Shown here: one piece after another, positions 53,561-64,000 of the stretch
Numbering within the stretch: the first letter of the stretch is position 1
Layout of the letters: each line of letters begins with the position of its first letter
Notes under the pieces: model-generated
Databases searched by the model: none
The model's input: only the letters and a program-made list of their open reading frames with translations
What the model was told of the DNA's origin: nothing
From: Spirochaetota bacterium
Lineage (GTDB): Bacteria; Spirochaetota; UBA6919; CBDBPB01
DNA length: 64,000 nucleotides
NCBI GenBank assembly: GCA_965208615.1
Contig: CBDBPB010000001.1
Location: 192,001 to 256,000 of the forward strand
Direction of reading: 5' to 3'
Translations under genes and position numbers: made by a program

Positions 53561-55405
53561 CTATCTAATATCGAGTTTCAAAGTATTTTTTTCAGTTTTA
53601 AACCTATCACTAAGCTCCTTTAACTGCAACACAACTTTTTCATTAGTGTTAGTATAATCAGATAAGCTTTCCATATTCCTTGCAATAGAGTCAGAGTGCC
53701 TTGTTTGTTCTTGAAGGGATGATGTTATACTTGTTGCATAGTCTTTAATTTTCTGAACAGCGTTTATAACTGCTTCACTTTTATCTTGACTTTTTTCTGC
53801 ATTATTTTTTATTCTAGTAGTTAGGTTAGTCAACTCATCAATAAAGCCTAGCACCTCATTAGCCTCTTCTGTAACATCTTTCATCCCAAAAGTAATTTCC
53901 TTAATATAATCAACAGTTATATTAGTATTCTCCAAAATAATATTAAGTGCATCATATGACTGACTTGACAGTTCAGCACTATCTTCTATTCTCTTAACAG
54001 TTCTCTTTATAAGGCCAATAATCTCTTTGGATGCCTCACCAGTAGTCTCTGCAAGTTTTCTAACCTCATCGGCTACAACGGCAAAGCCTTTTCCGTATTG
54101 TCCGGCATGAGCGGCCTCAATAGCGGCATTCATAGCAAGTAAATTAGTCTGTTCTGAAATACCATCAATTACGTTTATAATCTCTTGTATTTTTGAGGAG
54201 TCCTTTTGTATTTCACGAATACTTGATAGTGTGTCAGATACAGTCTTGGCGCCCCCTTTTGCTACATTTTGCAATCCAATAGCGGCTTTATCAACTTTTT
54301 CTGAGTGCTTAGCAATACCCTTAAACTGTCCAAGCATATTCTTTATAGTATATCCAGTAGTTATAATTGACGATGTTTGACTTTCAATATCCCCAGCCAT
54401 TTTCTTCATTAAATCAACCATACTAGTAGTCATATCCATAGCTTGTATTACATTATCATCTTGAGCCTCAGCACTCTTGTTAATCTCTTTAACCTTACCC
54501 ATTATATTACCAATATCATTTGAGCTTTGTTCTGTAAAGTTCAAAATACTACTACTAGAGTTCTTAACGTGAACTATACCATCTTTCAGACTGTCAACTA
54601 AGCTCTTTATCATAAAAAGAAATTTATTAAACGAAGTAGCAAGTATGCCAAAAGTATCACTAGAGCCTGTAGGAAGCTCAACAGTAAGATCTCCTTCTCC
54701 ACTAGCAATATCCTTTAGTGCCAGATCAAACCTCTTAACGCTCCTGTGTACATAAGTCAGTATAATATAAATACTAAACATAATTGCAATAGCAAGTAAT
54801 AACGAAAATATTAAAAACACAGTATTAACATTATCCTTTACCCTAATAATAGCTTTATTAAGCTGACTACTAAGTCTAAAAATAGTCTTCATAGCTATAT
54901 AACTAGCATCATGATAAAAGTGATCTATATCTATATTATTATTTAGATGACGACTTATTAATTTACGAAAGTCAGAAATCTCCATTTCTTGTTGCTTTAA
55001 TATGTTTATAGCCTTATTAAACTCATTATTAAAAATAACTTTAAAAAATAAGGACTCAACATAACCAGTTATTGGATTATAAATAACGTCTTTAGTAGTA
55101 TCAATAATATTATCCATCTCATCCAAAATCTCTAAAATACTGCCATCTCGTATAATGTCCTCATGTTTACTATAATTATGCCTATGTACTATAATTCTCT
55201 TATTTTTATATAAGTTATATTGGGTTATTTTATCTTTTAGCGACAGGATAAATGTAACGTTATTCCGCTCTAACTGTACTAAGTCTGTAGTTTTGCTTAA
55301 TATAAGAAAACCAATGGTCTCTATAATAATCAATATTATAACCATAATAGTAACTATTCTAAACTTAGTTTTTAGTTTAACCTTTTGAATGTATTTCTCA
55401 AGCAT
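53561..55405 (-). CDS. Methyl-accepting chemotaxis protein
   Basis: Two TM helices, HAMP (GEGDLT) and QTNLLAMNAAIEAAHAG..GKGFAVVADEVRKLAE. Confidence 0.95.
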   Translation of the reverse strand: MLEKYIQKVKLKTKFRIVTIMVIILIIIETIGFLILSKTTDLVQLERNNVTFILSLKDKITQYNLYKNKRIIVHRHNYSKHEDIIRDGSILEILDEMDNIIDTTKDVIYNPITGYVESLFFKVIFNNEFNKAINILKQQEMEISDFRKLISRHLNNNIDIDHFYHDASYIAMKTIFRLSSQLNKAIIRVKDNVNTVFLIFSLLLAIAIMFSIYIILTYVHRSVKRFDLALKDIASGEGDLTVELPTGSSDTFGILATSFNKFLFMIKSLVDSLKDGIVHVKNSSSSILNFTEQSSNDIGNIMGKVKEINKSAEAQDDNVIQAMDMTTSMVDLMKKMAGDIESQTSSIITTGYTIKNMLGQFKGIAKHSEKVDKAAIGLQNVAKGGAKTVSDTLSSIREIQKDSSKIQEIINVIDGISEQTNLLAMNAAIEAAHAGQYGKGFAVVADEVRKLAETTGEASKEIIGLIKRTVKRIEDSAELSSQSYDALNIILENTNITVDYIKEITFGMKDVTEEANEVLGFIDELTNLTTRIKNNAEKSQDKSEAVINAVQKIKDYATSITSSLQEQTRHSDSIARNMESLSDYTNTNEKVVLQLKELSDRFKTEKNTLKLDIR

Positions 55406-55569
55406 AAAAGACTCCTACGTATAATATAACTGAAATAATACTTAAACCGAGTTAAATAATATTATAATTATTAAAAATGTTATAATTGTACTAAAAAGTT
55501 AACAAATTGCAAATATATTTTAAATCTATATAACTTTTTTAATTCCTAGTATTATAAATAGAATGCTTA

Positions 55570-55598
55570 TTGACAATATATAACTTTTTTTATATACT
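55570..55598 (+). promoter_or_regulatory. sigma70 promoter of argS
   Basis: TTGACA, 17-nt spacer, TATACT. Confidence 0.65.
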
Positions 55599-55648
55599 TA
55601 TCCCTTTAATAACAATAAGTTAACTAAAATTGGAGCTAAGAATAAACT

Positions 55649-57361
55649 GTGGAACACTATATCAAAAACGAAATTGTAAAAATCCTAAATAATAGCATAC
55701 CCCTAACAAATCAGGATATATATAACCTTATAGAAATACCTCCTAAAAAAGATATGGGGGATTATGCTTTTCCTTGTTTTCCGTTAGCAAAGGTTTTAAA
55801 GGCTCCCCCTATTAAGATTGCTAAAGAATTAGTGGAAAAGTTATCTCCATCAAGCCTTTTTAACAATATAAAATCTATAGGACCATATATTAACTTTTAC
55901 CTTGATCAGGTATCCTATACTAACTTGGTACTCAATAATGTTTTAAGCAAAGACTATAATCCAAAGAACATTGGCAAAAATAAAACCGTAGTAATAGATT
56001 TCTCATCACCTAATATTGCTAAACCTTTTTCTATAGCACATCTACGATCTACGTCTATTGGTAATTCTCTTTCAAAAATATTTAGTTATTTAGGATATAA
56101 TGTAGTTTGCATTAACCACCTTGGTGATTGGGGAACATCATTTGGTAAGCTAATCACTGCATATAAACATTGGGGCAATGATAATAACTTAATATCCATT
56201 AAGTATTTACTAAGTTTATTTGTTAAGTTCCACCGCGAGGCTGAAAATAACCCATCCTTAGATGATGAGGCAAGAAACTGGTTTAGACGTCTTGAACACA
56301 AGGATAAAGAAGCACTTATACTATGGGATAGGTTTAAAAGTATAAGCCTAGAAGAGTTTAAGCGTATGTATAAAATATTAAACGTCGACTTTGACTACTA
56401 CTGGGGAGAAAGCTATTATCAGGATAAAATTGAGGATACTATAACTAAGCTAAATAAAAAGGGATTGATCAGCAAAAGTCAAGGTGCAGAAATTATACTT
56501 TTAGATGATATGCCGCCTGTTTTATTAAAAAAGCAGGATGGTGCTACTTTATACGCCACTAGGGATATTACTGCTAGTATTTATCGCAAGGAAAGGCTTA
56601 ACTTTGATAAAATGATTTATGTTGTTGGAGCCGAACAAAACTTACATTTTAAGCAAATATTTAAGGTACTCGAGATTATGGGTAATGAGTGGGTTAAAGA
56701 TTGTCATCATGTAAGTTTCGGACTTATACAGTTTAAGCAAGGAAAAATGTCAACAAGAAAAGGACAAATAATCTTTTTAGAAGACGTAATTGATAATGCG
56801 GCAAAGCTGGCATTGGATAAAATTAATGAAAGTGATTCTGACATTAAAAGAAATAATATAACTGATGAGGAAAAAAAACAAAGAGCATTAAAAGTTGGAA
56901 TAAGTTCAGTAGTCTTTTTCGATCTAAAAAATGGACGACAAAAAGATATTATATTCGATTGGAAAGAAATACTTAATCCAAAGGGTGAAACTGGTATATA
57001 TTTACAGTATGCTCATGCGAGGTTATGCGGTATTATTAAAAACTTCGAAAAAGATATTGGAAAAGCAGATAAACATCATAGCATAAAAATTACCGAAAAT
57101 AACTCTTTTAACATTGCTAAGGTTTTATCTACGTTTAATAGCAAGGTTATGTTTGCCTCTGAGAATATGGAACCATCCATTATTGCCAGATATTTACTAG
57201 ATTTGGCCCAGGTATTTAGTTCATACTACCGCATAAATAAGGTTATCAATAAAGATGACCATCTTCTCAGCAAGGAACGGCTTATTACTGTATTAGCTGT
57301 TAAAAAGGTGTTATCCAGTGGATTAAGGTTATTGGGTATTGAGCCTTTAGAAGAAATGTAA
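55649..57361 (+). CDS. argS: Arginine--tRNA ligase
   Basis: DFSSPNIAKPF..HLRS, NHLGDWG, MSTRKG, YLQYAHAR and C-terminal EEM. Confidence 0.97.
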   Translation: MEHYIKNEIVKILNNSIPLTNQDIYNLIEIPPKKDMGDYAFPCFPLAKVLKAPPIKIAKELVEKLSPSSLFNNIKSIGPYINFYLDQVSYTNLVLNNVLSKDYNPKNIGKNKTVVIDFSSPNIAKPFSIAHLRSTSIGNSLSKIFSYLGYNVVCINHLGDWGTSFGKLITAYKHWGNDNNLISIKYLLSLFVKFHREAENNPSLDDEARNWFRRLEHKDKEALILWDRFKSISLEEFKRMYKILNVDFDYYWGESYYQDKIEDTITKLNKKGLISKSQGAEIILLDDMPPVLLKKQDGATLYATRDITASIYRKERLNFDKMIYVVGAEQNLHFKQIFKVLEIMGNEWVKDCHHVSFGLIQFKQGKMSTRKGQIIFLEDVIDNAAKLALDKINESDSDIKRNNITDEEKKQRALKVGISSVVFFDLKNGRQKDIIFDWKEILNPKGETGIYLQYAHARLCGIIKNFEKDIGKADKHHSIKITENNSFNIAKVLSTFNSKVMFASENMEPSIIARYLLDLAQVFSSYYRINKVINKDDHLLSKERLITVLAVKKVLSSGLRLLGIEPLEEM

Positions 57362-57491
57362 AATACATATATTATGTTAATTAATAAAGGTCTTTTGCCT
57401 TTGGATATGTGTATTATAAAAATAATTTTTTTGGTTAAATAATATACTGTTATACCGAAGTCAAAACTAAAACATACTTGAGGATTATATT

Positions 57492-57705
57492 TATGGAGCA
57501 TGCTAATTATCTTTATTATTGCGGTGTTCTTCGCAACTTGTATAAACACAAAAACTATAACAATGATAACCTAAATCGAGCCATAAAAGCAATAAACGAG
57601 AAATTAAAAGAATTTGAAACTGCTCCAAAAAAAAACTACATTAGTAAACTTCTTCAAGAACATTATAAAAAAAACCTACCAGAGGCTATTGGCTTAAAGT
57701 TATAA
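57492..57705 (+). CDS. Small hypothetical protein
   Basis: GAGGA RBS followed by an ATG near 57492-57493; about 70 aa; no family recognised. Confidence 0.4.
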
Positions 57706-57834
57706 CTAATTAACCAATTAAAACATAACTTAAAGCTAATAACAAGGCTTATTGAAATATAGTATAAATTTTTAGTCAGTTTTAAAGCGTTATGGGTTAT
57801 AATATATGATTCCGTAAACTATTTAGGGTATATA

Positions 57835-60800
57835 ATGTCTTATAATAATTTAGTAAGCAAAATTAAAAATAATAAAGTCATCCCCCTTAAAAAGAGAAAC
57901 CTTAAAAAAGGACATATAATTATATTTATTATCTTAATTTTATTTATCCTCATGCATATAGGTATGACGCCAGTAGAAACCAATGCCGATGACCTATATA
58001 TAGTTGCTAATGAAAACTTTAAAGAAATAATAAAAAGAACTCCCACAGAATCCACTTTTAACATGAGAAGCAATAATTTATGGGTAAACCTTGTTTATTA
58101 TAAAGAATATAAACAACATCTAAAGCAATACTTCGATATAAAAAAAGATAGAATGCCAAAACCTAAATATCCACTTATATCAAATATTCTAAAAAGTGTA
58201 TACGATAAGCAAATTCTACCCCCTATCAACCTAATAGAAATAGCTATTTTCTTACGAAAAACTCTAGGCTCTGGATTAACAATTAAAACAGAAAATAAAA
58301 AGATTGCTGAACAATTCCTTAGTAATATTAGTCACGCTAGATTAGTAAAATTAATTAATAACTATAACAGTAAGTTAAAACAGTATTTCGAGGTTATAGT
58401 AGAACTGAAAAATAAAAAAGAAAGTATAAAAAAAACTTATTATACTGACTTTAAGAGCTTTAACCTTATCATTAAAGACCTAAAAAAACTCTTATCCTAT
58501 GACTTAAAAATACATTCAATAAATATCTATAAAAATCAAGAGGTACTAAACTTCCTAAATCAAAAAAATGATCCACTTGTTTACGACGAAGAAAAAAAAA
58601 CTCATTTATATTATCTCAACCTTAAAAAAGAAAAAAATATATTTAGTCTAATAAATAAACTAAAAAGTAAACTGGCATATAATTATACCTTTGTTTTGGA
58701 AGGAAAAAACAATAATAAACTTATAAAAAAGAGGCTATTTTTCAAATTGGGCAATTATCCTTCTTTTAGTAAGAAACTAATTATAGATAAAAAACAAAAT
58801 ATATCCTTCTACAAACTATCCCTATATGAAAGTAAAATATTAAAACATAGATCAAACTCAAGGGAATTAGTTAATTTTAACCAATTACCAGATAGAATAA
58901 AAAAAGCCTTTATTTTAGTCGAAGATGATGGATTTTACTTTCAAGCAGGAGGTGTAGACCCTATCGGCTTATTAAAAGCCTCTTTTAACTATATAATATT
59001 TGACTCTAAAAAAGGAAATGCAAGTATTATAGAACAAGTATACGAAATGTATTTAGGTTCATCTAAAAAAACTCCCATAGAAAAAATTATTCAGGTTTTT
59101 GGTGCTGTCTATTATAGTTATTATGCTGAAGATCGTAGTGATTATGTTAGATTATATGCTCAGTCAATACCAGGCTCATTTTGGAGAGACCATAACTATG
59201 GTATAAAAGGAATAATTAAAAACTATATGAATAAAGATTCGTTAAAAAATATCTCCAACAGAGAACTTGCTTGGTTAACCAGAATAGCCTTATTACCAAA
59301 TACCATTGGTCAGGACTATGTTCGTTTTTATCTCATCAAAAAAAAGCTTAGTTCTAAGGGTATTGATTTATTTAATGATAAACAGTTAAAAGATTTTATA
59401 TCCAAAAATAATAGTAAAAACAAAAGCTTTATCAGATTAGCAAAAGAAAAAAAACACTCCGATTACGACGTATTACAAAAATTAAAAAAATCTTATAACT
59501 CAGCAAATATTAGAATTAATTCTGCCCTAAAAGACTTCCTAAAGGGCAATATGTTTATGAGTCCTCTTATCTCTAAAAAAGAGTATAAGACAGCATTAAA
59601 AGAAGAAATACATTTTAACTCTCCAACATTCATAAATCAATACCAAAGCTATACCGATCAAACCAAAAAAGACCTAAGTCGCTTATCCTATAAGTCAAAT
59701 ACTTATAATAAAAAAAGTACTAAGATTGACTTTCACAATACCGGAATAAATGTAGAGGTTGCTTTTAATGAACAGGCACAAAAAATATTAAATAACGAAT
59801 TAGAACATAGTACATATATTGTTTATAGATATAGATATAATCCCACTAAGCTAAAGCGATATGGTGGTGCATCTATTTTAGTTAAAACAAATAATATTAA
59901 AACTGGTAAAATTGAAAATAAGATTATTGCTATTACCTCTAAGCATACCAATAATAACTACTTTAACTGGGCAGTTGATGGACAAAGACATTTTGGCTCT
60001 ATATATAAATGGCTTGCTTTGTTGATATATCTGGATAATAATGGCACACTCTTGGATAGCTTTTATGATATACCAAGAGCTATAAAATACCAACTGCTAG
60101 ATAATAACGGCAAACCCATATTAGATGGAAATGGTAAGTTCATACATAGCCTATATACCCCAGATAACTGGAGAGTAAATAGAGATGATATCTATGGCTA
60201 TTTTACTTATACAAAACAAAATAATATATATAACTTTATACAATCCAAAAATAATACCTTTATCAAAATTGCAGAAACGGTTGGCATCAATAAAATATCC
60301 AACTTGTTGAATGAGTTAGCAGGGTTTAAATATATAAAAAATCCTAGGGTTAAATTCCAACCCAGATATCCCATTGTATTAGGCTCCCATGAAATCTCTA
60401 GTATATTGTTTGCTCAAATAAATGCTATTATAGCTAATAAGGGTATTTTTAAACCTCTGACCACCATAAATAAACTAATCCTTAATGGAATAACCTATAG
60501 CATTATATTACCAGAAAAACAAATAGTCTCCCGTGAGGCCGCCGAAGCCGCCTTTTTTTGCGGATATATTAATACCTTTCATGGTACTGCAAAGCGGTTT
60601 ATTAAAGGAGGAGTCGGTAAAACAGGCTCATCAAATACTGATGTATCCTTCCTGGCTATGACTGGTAGAACTAAGGAAGAGTATATAGAGGATAAACCTG
60701 ATCACCTTTTAAATAATAATTTGCTTTATCTTGTTAATATAGGTGTTAATGTTGGGATAATCGATGAAGGACTTTTTGGTGGCGTGTTAGGTGCCTTAAA

Positions 60801-61575
60801 TGCAAAAGAAATATTCAAAAAAATATTAGAATATCACTACGTTAATAAAAAAATAACTCCTAAATATAAAATATCTGGTGATTTTATTAAATACTTTTCC
60901 AAAGAGTTTATATTTAAAGTACCTAGGTATCCAATTAAAATTAATAATAAAATCGTAAAAGTGCCTATAACAAAAGGTAATAAGATTACTTCTGAGGCTT
61001 TTATCCCAAAAAGTAGGCTTAATAAAATTAAAAAGGAATATACAAATCGTAAAGATGCAGAAGTTGAGGAAAAAATTATTAAAGAAATGGCTAAAAATGC
61101 AGGTATACCATATTATAAGCTAAAAAGAAAAGGCTTTGCTTATAGATATGATGAATTTAAAAGAGTTGCCTCATTAAAACTAGAACAACAAAAACTGGGG
61201 TCAAGTTACTTTAGTCTTGGAGAAAGTAGTAACAGTAATGAGTCTTCACAAAACTCACTATATAAAAATAGTAGTAATAATACTAGTAACTTTATTCTTG
61301 ATACTTATGTCAATGAACTAGAAAATGAAAACCTATCTAATAACAATGATAAAAAGTCTAATAGTAATAAAAAGTCTAATAGTAATAAAAAGTCTAATAG
61401 CAATAAAAAGTCTAATAGTAATAAAAAGTCTAATAGCAATAAAAAGTCTAATAGCAATAAAAAGTCTAATAGCAATAAAAAGCCTAATAGCAATAAAAAG
61501 TCTAATAGTAATAAAAAACCTAATAGTGATAAAAAGTCTAATAGTGATAAAAAGTCTAATAGCAATAAAAAATAA
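57835..61575 (+). CDS. Large, divergent class A penicillin-binding protein (transglycosylase + transpeptidase)
   Basis: N-terminal TM; VEDDGFY (GT51 motif 1); SIYK, SKN and KTG transpeptidase motifs. Confidence 0.8.
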   Translation: MSYNNLVSKIKNNKVIPLKKRNLKKGHIIIFIILILFILMHIGMTPVETNADDLYIVANENFKEIIKRTPTESTFNMRSNNLWVNLVYYKEYKQHLKQYFDIKKDRMPKPKYPLISNILKSVYDKQILPPINLIEIAIFLRKTLGSGLTIKTENKKIAEQFLSNISHARLVKLINNYNSKLKQYFEVIVELKNKKESIKKTYYTDFKSFNLIIKDLKKLLSYDLKIHSINIYKNQEVLNFLNQKNDPLVYDEEKKTHLYYLNLKKEKNIFSLINKLKSKLAYNYTFVLEGKNNNKLIKKRLFFKLGNYPSFSKKLIIDKKQNISFYKLSLYESKILKHRSNSRELVNFNQLPDRIKKAFILVEDDGFYFQAGGVDPIGLLKASFNYIIFDSKKGNASIIEQVYEMYLGSSKKTPIEKIIQVFGAVYYSYYAEDRSDYVRLYAQSIPGSFWRDHNYGIKGIIKNYMNKDSLKNISNRELAWLTRIALLPNTIGQDYVRFYLIKKKLSSKGIDLFNDKQLKDFISKNNSKNKSFIRLAKEKKHSDYDVLQKLKKSYNSANIRINSALKDFLKGNMFMSPLISKKEYKTALKEEIHFNSPTFINQYQSYTDQTKKDLSRLSYKSNTYNKKSTKIDFHNTGINVEVAFNEQAQKILNNELEHSTYIVYRYRYNPTKLKRYGGASILVKTNNIKTGKIENKIIAITSKHTNNNYFNWAVDGQRHFGSIYKWLALLIYLDNNGTLLDSFYDIPRAIKYQLLDNNGKPILDGNGKFIHSLYTPDNWRVNRDDIYGYFTYTKQNNIYNFIQSKNNTFIKIAETVGINKISNLLNELAGFKYIKNPRVKFQPRYPIVLGSHEISSILFAQINAIIANKGIFKPLTTINKLILNGITYSIILPEKQIVSREAAEAAFFCGYINTFHGTAKRFIKGGVGKTGSSNTDVSFLAMTGRTKEEYIEDKPDHLLNNNLLYLVNIGVNVGIIDEGLFGGVLGALNAKEIFKKILEYHYVNKKITPKYKISGDFIKYFSKEFIFKVPRYPIKINNKIVKVPITKGNKITSEAFIPKSRLNKIKKEYTNRKDAEVEEKIIKEMAKNAGIPYYKLKRKGFAYRYDEFKRVASLKLEQQKLGSSYFSLGESSNSNESSQNSLYKNSSNNTSNFILDTYVNELENENLSNNNDKKSNSNKKSNSNKKSNSNKKSNSNKKSNSNKKSNSNKKSNSNKKPNSNKKSNSNKKPNSDKKSNSDKKSNSNKK
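61351..61566. repeat. In-frame 18-bp tandem repeat x12 encoding KK(S/P)NS(N/D)
   Basis: Unit AAAAAGTCTAATAG(C/T)AAT; 12 copies counted. Confidence 0.95.
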
Positions 61576-61771
61576 CTATTGTTATTTTTTATCATTCTAA
61601 TATCCTAAAAGTTAAACTTATTATATCAATATATAATTAAAGTTAAGAATTCACTATTTCCTTGTGGAATAAGAAATTATCAACTTATGTATGCACCTTG
61701 TGGATATAAAAAGAATATCAAAACATCTAATTTGACGCTAACCATAAAAAAAAATATATTAAGGAGATATC

Positions 61772-62758
61772 ATGGAAATCCATAATGTAAAAAGTATTTC
61801 AATAGTTGTTCCGTTTTATAATGAAGAGGGTAACCTATATGCAGTTTATGAGTCTATTAAAGATACCGTTGAAGCATTAAATTTAAGTTATGAGATTATT
61901 TTCGTTGATGATGGTAGTATTGATAAAACATACAAATATATGAAAGAAATATCCGAACAAGATCGTAGATTAAAAATCGTAAAACTACAATTTAACTGTG
62001 GTCAAACTGCAGCCATGCAAGCTGGATTCGATATTGCACAAAATGACGTTATTATACCTATGGATGGAGATTTACAAAACGATCCCAAGGATATTTTAAG
62101 ACTCCTTGAGAAAATAGAAGAAGGATATGACGTAGTTAGTGGATGGCGTAAAAATAGAAAAGATAAATTTATTACTAGAACTCTACCATCATTAATAGCA
62201 AATAAAGTAATATCTTATTTTGGTAAAGTTCCGCTTCACGACTACGGATGCTCCCTTAAGGCATACAGAAAAGAAATCCTAGACCACATTTCACTGTATG
62301 GAGAAATGCATAGATTTATCCCCATATATACATCAAGAGTAGGAGGTAAAGTTACTGAAATACCTGTTAATCATCGCCCTAGAACTGTAGGAAAATCAAA
62401 ATATGGTATCTCTCGCTCTATAAAAGTTATACTCGATCTAATTACTATTATGTTTTTTGGTAAGTATGCAACTAAACCTAACCATTTTTTTGGTATGATT
62501 GGTTTAGGAGCTTTTTTTATATCTTTTATATCCGTTTTTTACGTGATTTATAATCAAACTGTACATAGTAAAACTATTATTGAAAGTCCGATATTTCACT
62601 TTGCTATTATGTGTTTTTTATTAGGATGTCAATTTATCCTGATGGGCCTATTAGGAGAGATATTAATAAGAACATATCACGAATCCCAAAAGAAAAAGCC
62701 ATATATTATTTCTAGTACCATTAATTTGTCTAAGGGACAGCGTGAAGAACTCCAATAA
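61772..62758 (+). CDS. Glycosyltransferase family 2, polyprenol-phosphate glycosyltransferase (ArnC/GtrB-like)
   Basis: VVPFYNEE, VDDGS, MDGDLQNDP, DYGC.LKAYR, HRFIP and two C-terminal TMs. Confidence 0.9.
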   Translation: MEIHNVKSISIVVPFYNEEGNLYAVYESIKDTVEALNLSYEIIFVDDGSIDKTYKYMKEISEQDRRLKIVKLQFNCGQTAAMQAGFDIAQNDVIIPMDGDLQNDPKDILRLLEKIEEGYDVVSGWRKNRKDKFITRTLPSLIANKVISYFGKVPLHDYGCSLKAYRKEILDHISLYGEMHRFIPIYTSRVGGKVTEIPVNHRPRTVGKSKYGISRSIKVILDLITIMFFGKYATKPNHFFGMIGLGAFFISFISVFYVIYNQTVHSKTIIESPIFHFAIMCFLLGCQFILMGLLGEILIRTYHESQKKKPYIISSTINLSKGQREELQ

Positions 62759-62966
62759 TAAAATTATATTAACTAACAATTACTAATAACCGTTATACTT
62801 TAAAGTTTGTTTAGTTATATTTTATATAAATTACCTTAATAAAAATAGAATTTAGTATTAAGCTTGTCGTTTTTAGTTTTTTTACTATTTTTTATCGTAT
62901 TAATTAATATTAATAGTGTTAACTAAATACTATTAACTATATTATAGCTCTTTAGTTGGGGGAACA

Positions 62967-63188
62967 ATGTCTATTCCGTTAAATAAATTAGTTGACTTAA
63001 CAGATGGTAGGTATAAAATTGCAAAAGCCGCTATGAATAAAATTGCTGATCTGACTAGTATGAACATTAATATTAGAGAAGAAACTGGAGAAAAGTTAGC
63101 TGTATATATTCTCAGACGAATGCTAGAAGGCAACTATACATTCGAACAAATTGATAATAATAACAGCAATAAACAACAAGAAGAATAA
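62967..63188 (+). CDS. rpoZ: Probable RNA polymerase omega subunit (spirochaete type)
   Basis: 73 aa; PL..L....RY....AA......EK.....L..G..F pattern resembles Treponema/Borrelia omega as recalled. Confidence 0.6.
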   Translation: MSIPLNKLVDLTDGRYKIAKAAMNKIADLTSMNINIREETGEKLAVYILRRMLEGNYTFEQIDNNNSNKQQEE

Positions 63189-63239
63189 ATTTATACATTT
63201 AAAATACAGATGGCTAAATAGAATTATATAAAAAAATAC

Positions 63240-63584
63240 TTATATAAACTTTGGTACTTTACTACGAGAAAGAAAATCAATGTTTTTAGCTATAATATGC
63301 ACTTTAGATCTATTCTTACCTTCATTTTGCCATCTCCATTGACTAAGAGAACCAATTATTCTAACACCTACACCTTTTCTCAACATATCCATTTTAAAGC
63401 TATTAGACTCAGACCAATAGATAATATCAAAAAAGCTTACTGGTTCTAAGTTAGTATCTTTTTTTGTACCATATCCGTTATTGGCAACAATGAATCTTAT
63501 TATTGTATTTCCATTTTTATTTTTCTTTATTTCTGGATCTTTTACTAAATTACCCTCAATTATGATTAGATTATAATTTTTCAT
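63240..63584 (-). CDS. ssb: Single-stranded DNA-binding protein, short form
   Basis: IEGNLVKDPE, F.VANN, FFDI..W, KG..VRIIG.L...W and RSKV OB-fold motifs. Confidence 0.88.
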   Translation of the reverse strand: MKNYNLIIIEGNLVKDPEIKKNKNGNTIIRFIVANNGYGTKKDTNLEPVSFFDIIYWSESNSFKMDMLRKGVGVRIIGSLSQWRWQNEGKNRSKVHIIAKNIDFLSRSKVPKFI

Positions 63585-63728
63585 TTATCCCGCCCTTTTG
63601 ACTATAGTATATAACTATTGCTGATAAATATAATTAACAAATAATTTAGTCTAAATCTTAGACTTTATATAAAAAAATAAATTGACGAATTGTTTTAGAT
63701 TTAATAACTTAAGCTCAAAACAATATAA

Positions 63729-64000
<272 letters not shown>

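Noticed and set aside
61305-61600. ORFs 61305-61595 (-) and 61325-61600 (+); the repeat as a possible CRISPR array
   Set aside because: These are alternative-frame readings of the 18-bp tandem repeat inside the PBP gene. The units are contiguous with no spacers and no cas genes are present.

Overview
AT-rich bacterial chromosome segment, very probably from a spirochaete. The evidence is a FlaA periplasmic-flagellum sheath gene, a spirochaete-style rpoZ, groES without groEL, and an MCP with the AAHAG signature. It is mostly housekeeping (htpG, two hsp20, ppc, uvrC, cobA-hemD, pcrA, thrB, addB-like, fetAB, argS, class A PBP, ssb, adk) with several accessory loci. The most notable accessory loci are: (i) a two-gene unit of a Cys-decorated aquaglyceroporin plus arsenite methyltransferase; (ii) a Tat-exported molybdopterin oxidoreductase operon (B-C-A-D) whose catalytic subunit is Arr/Arx-like but has Asp in place of the third FS0 Cys and a non-canonical active-site motif, preceded by a 34-bp palindrome; (iii) an LRR lipoprotein cassette lying between intact pcrA and a condensed, deletion-riddled relic copy of pcrA; (iv) a sigma54-type promoter with paired upstream sites in front of the hsp20 pair. 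Two adenylate cyclase genes, flaA and addB are broken by small insertions, which most likely reflect long-read consensus errors. No rRNA, tRNA, CRISPR array, transposase or integrase was recognised. All calls come from manual motif recognition; no searches were run.
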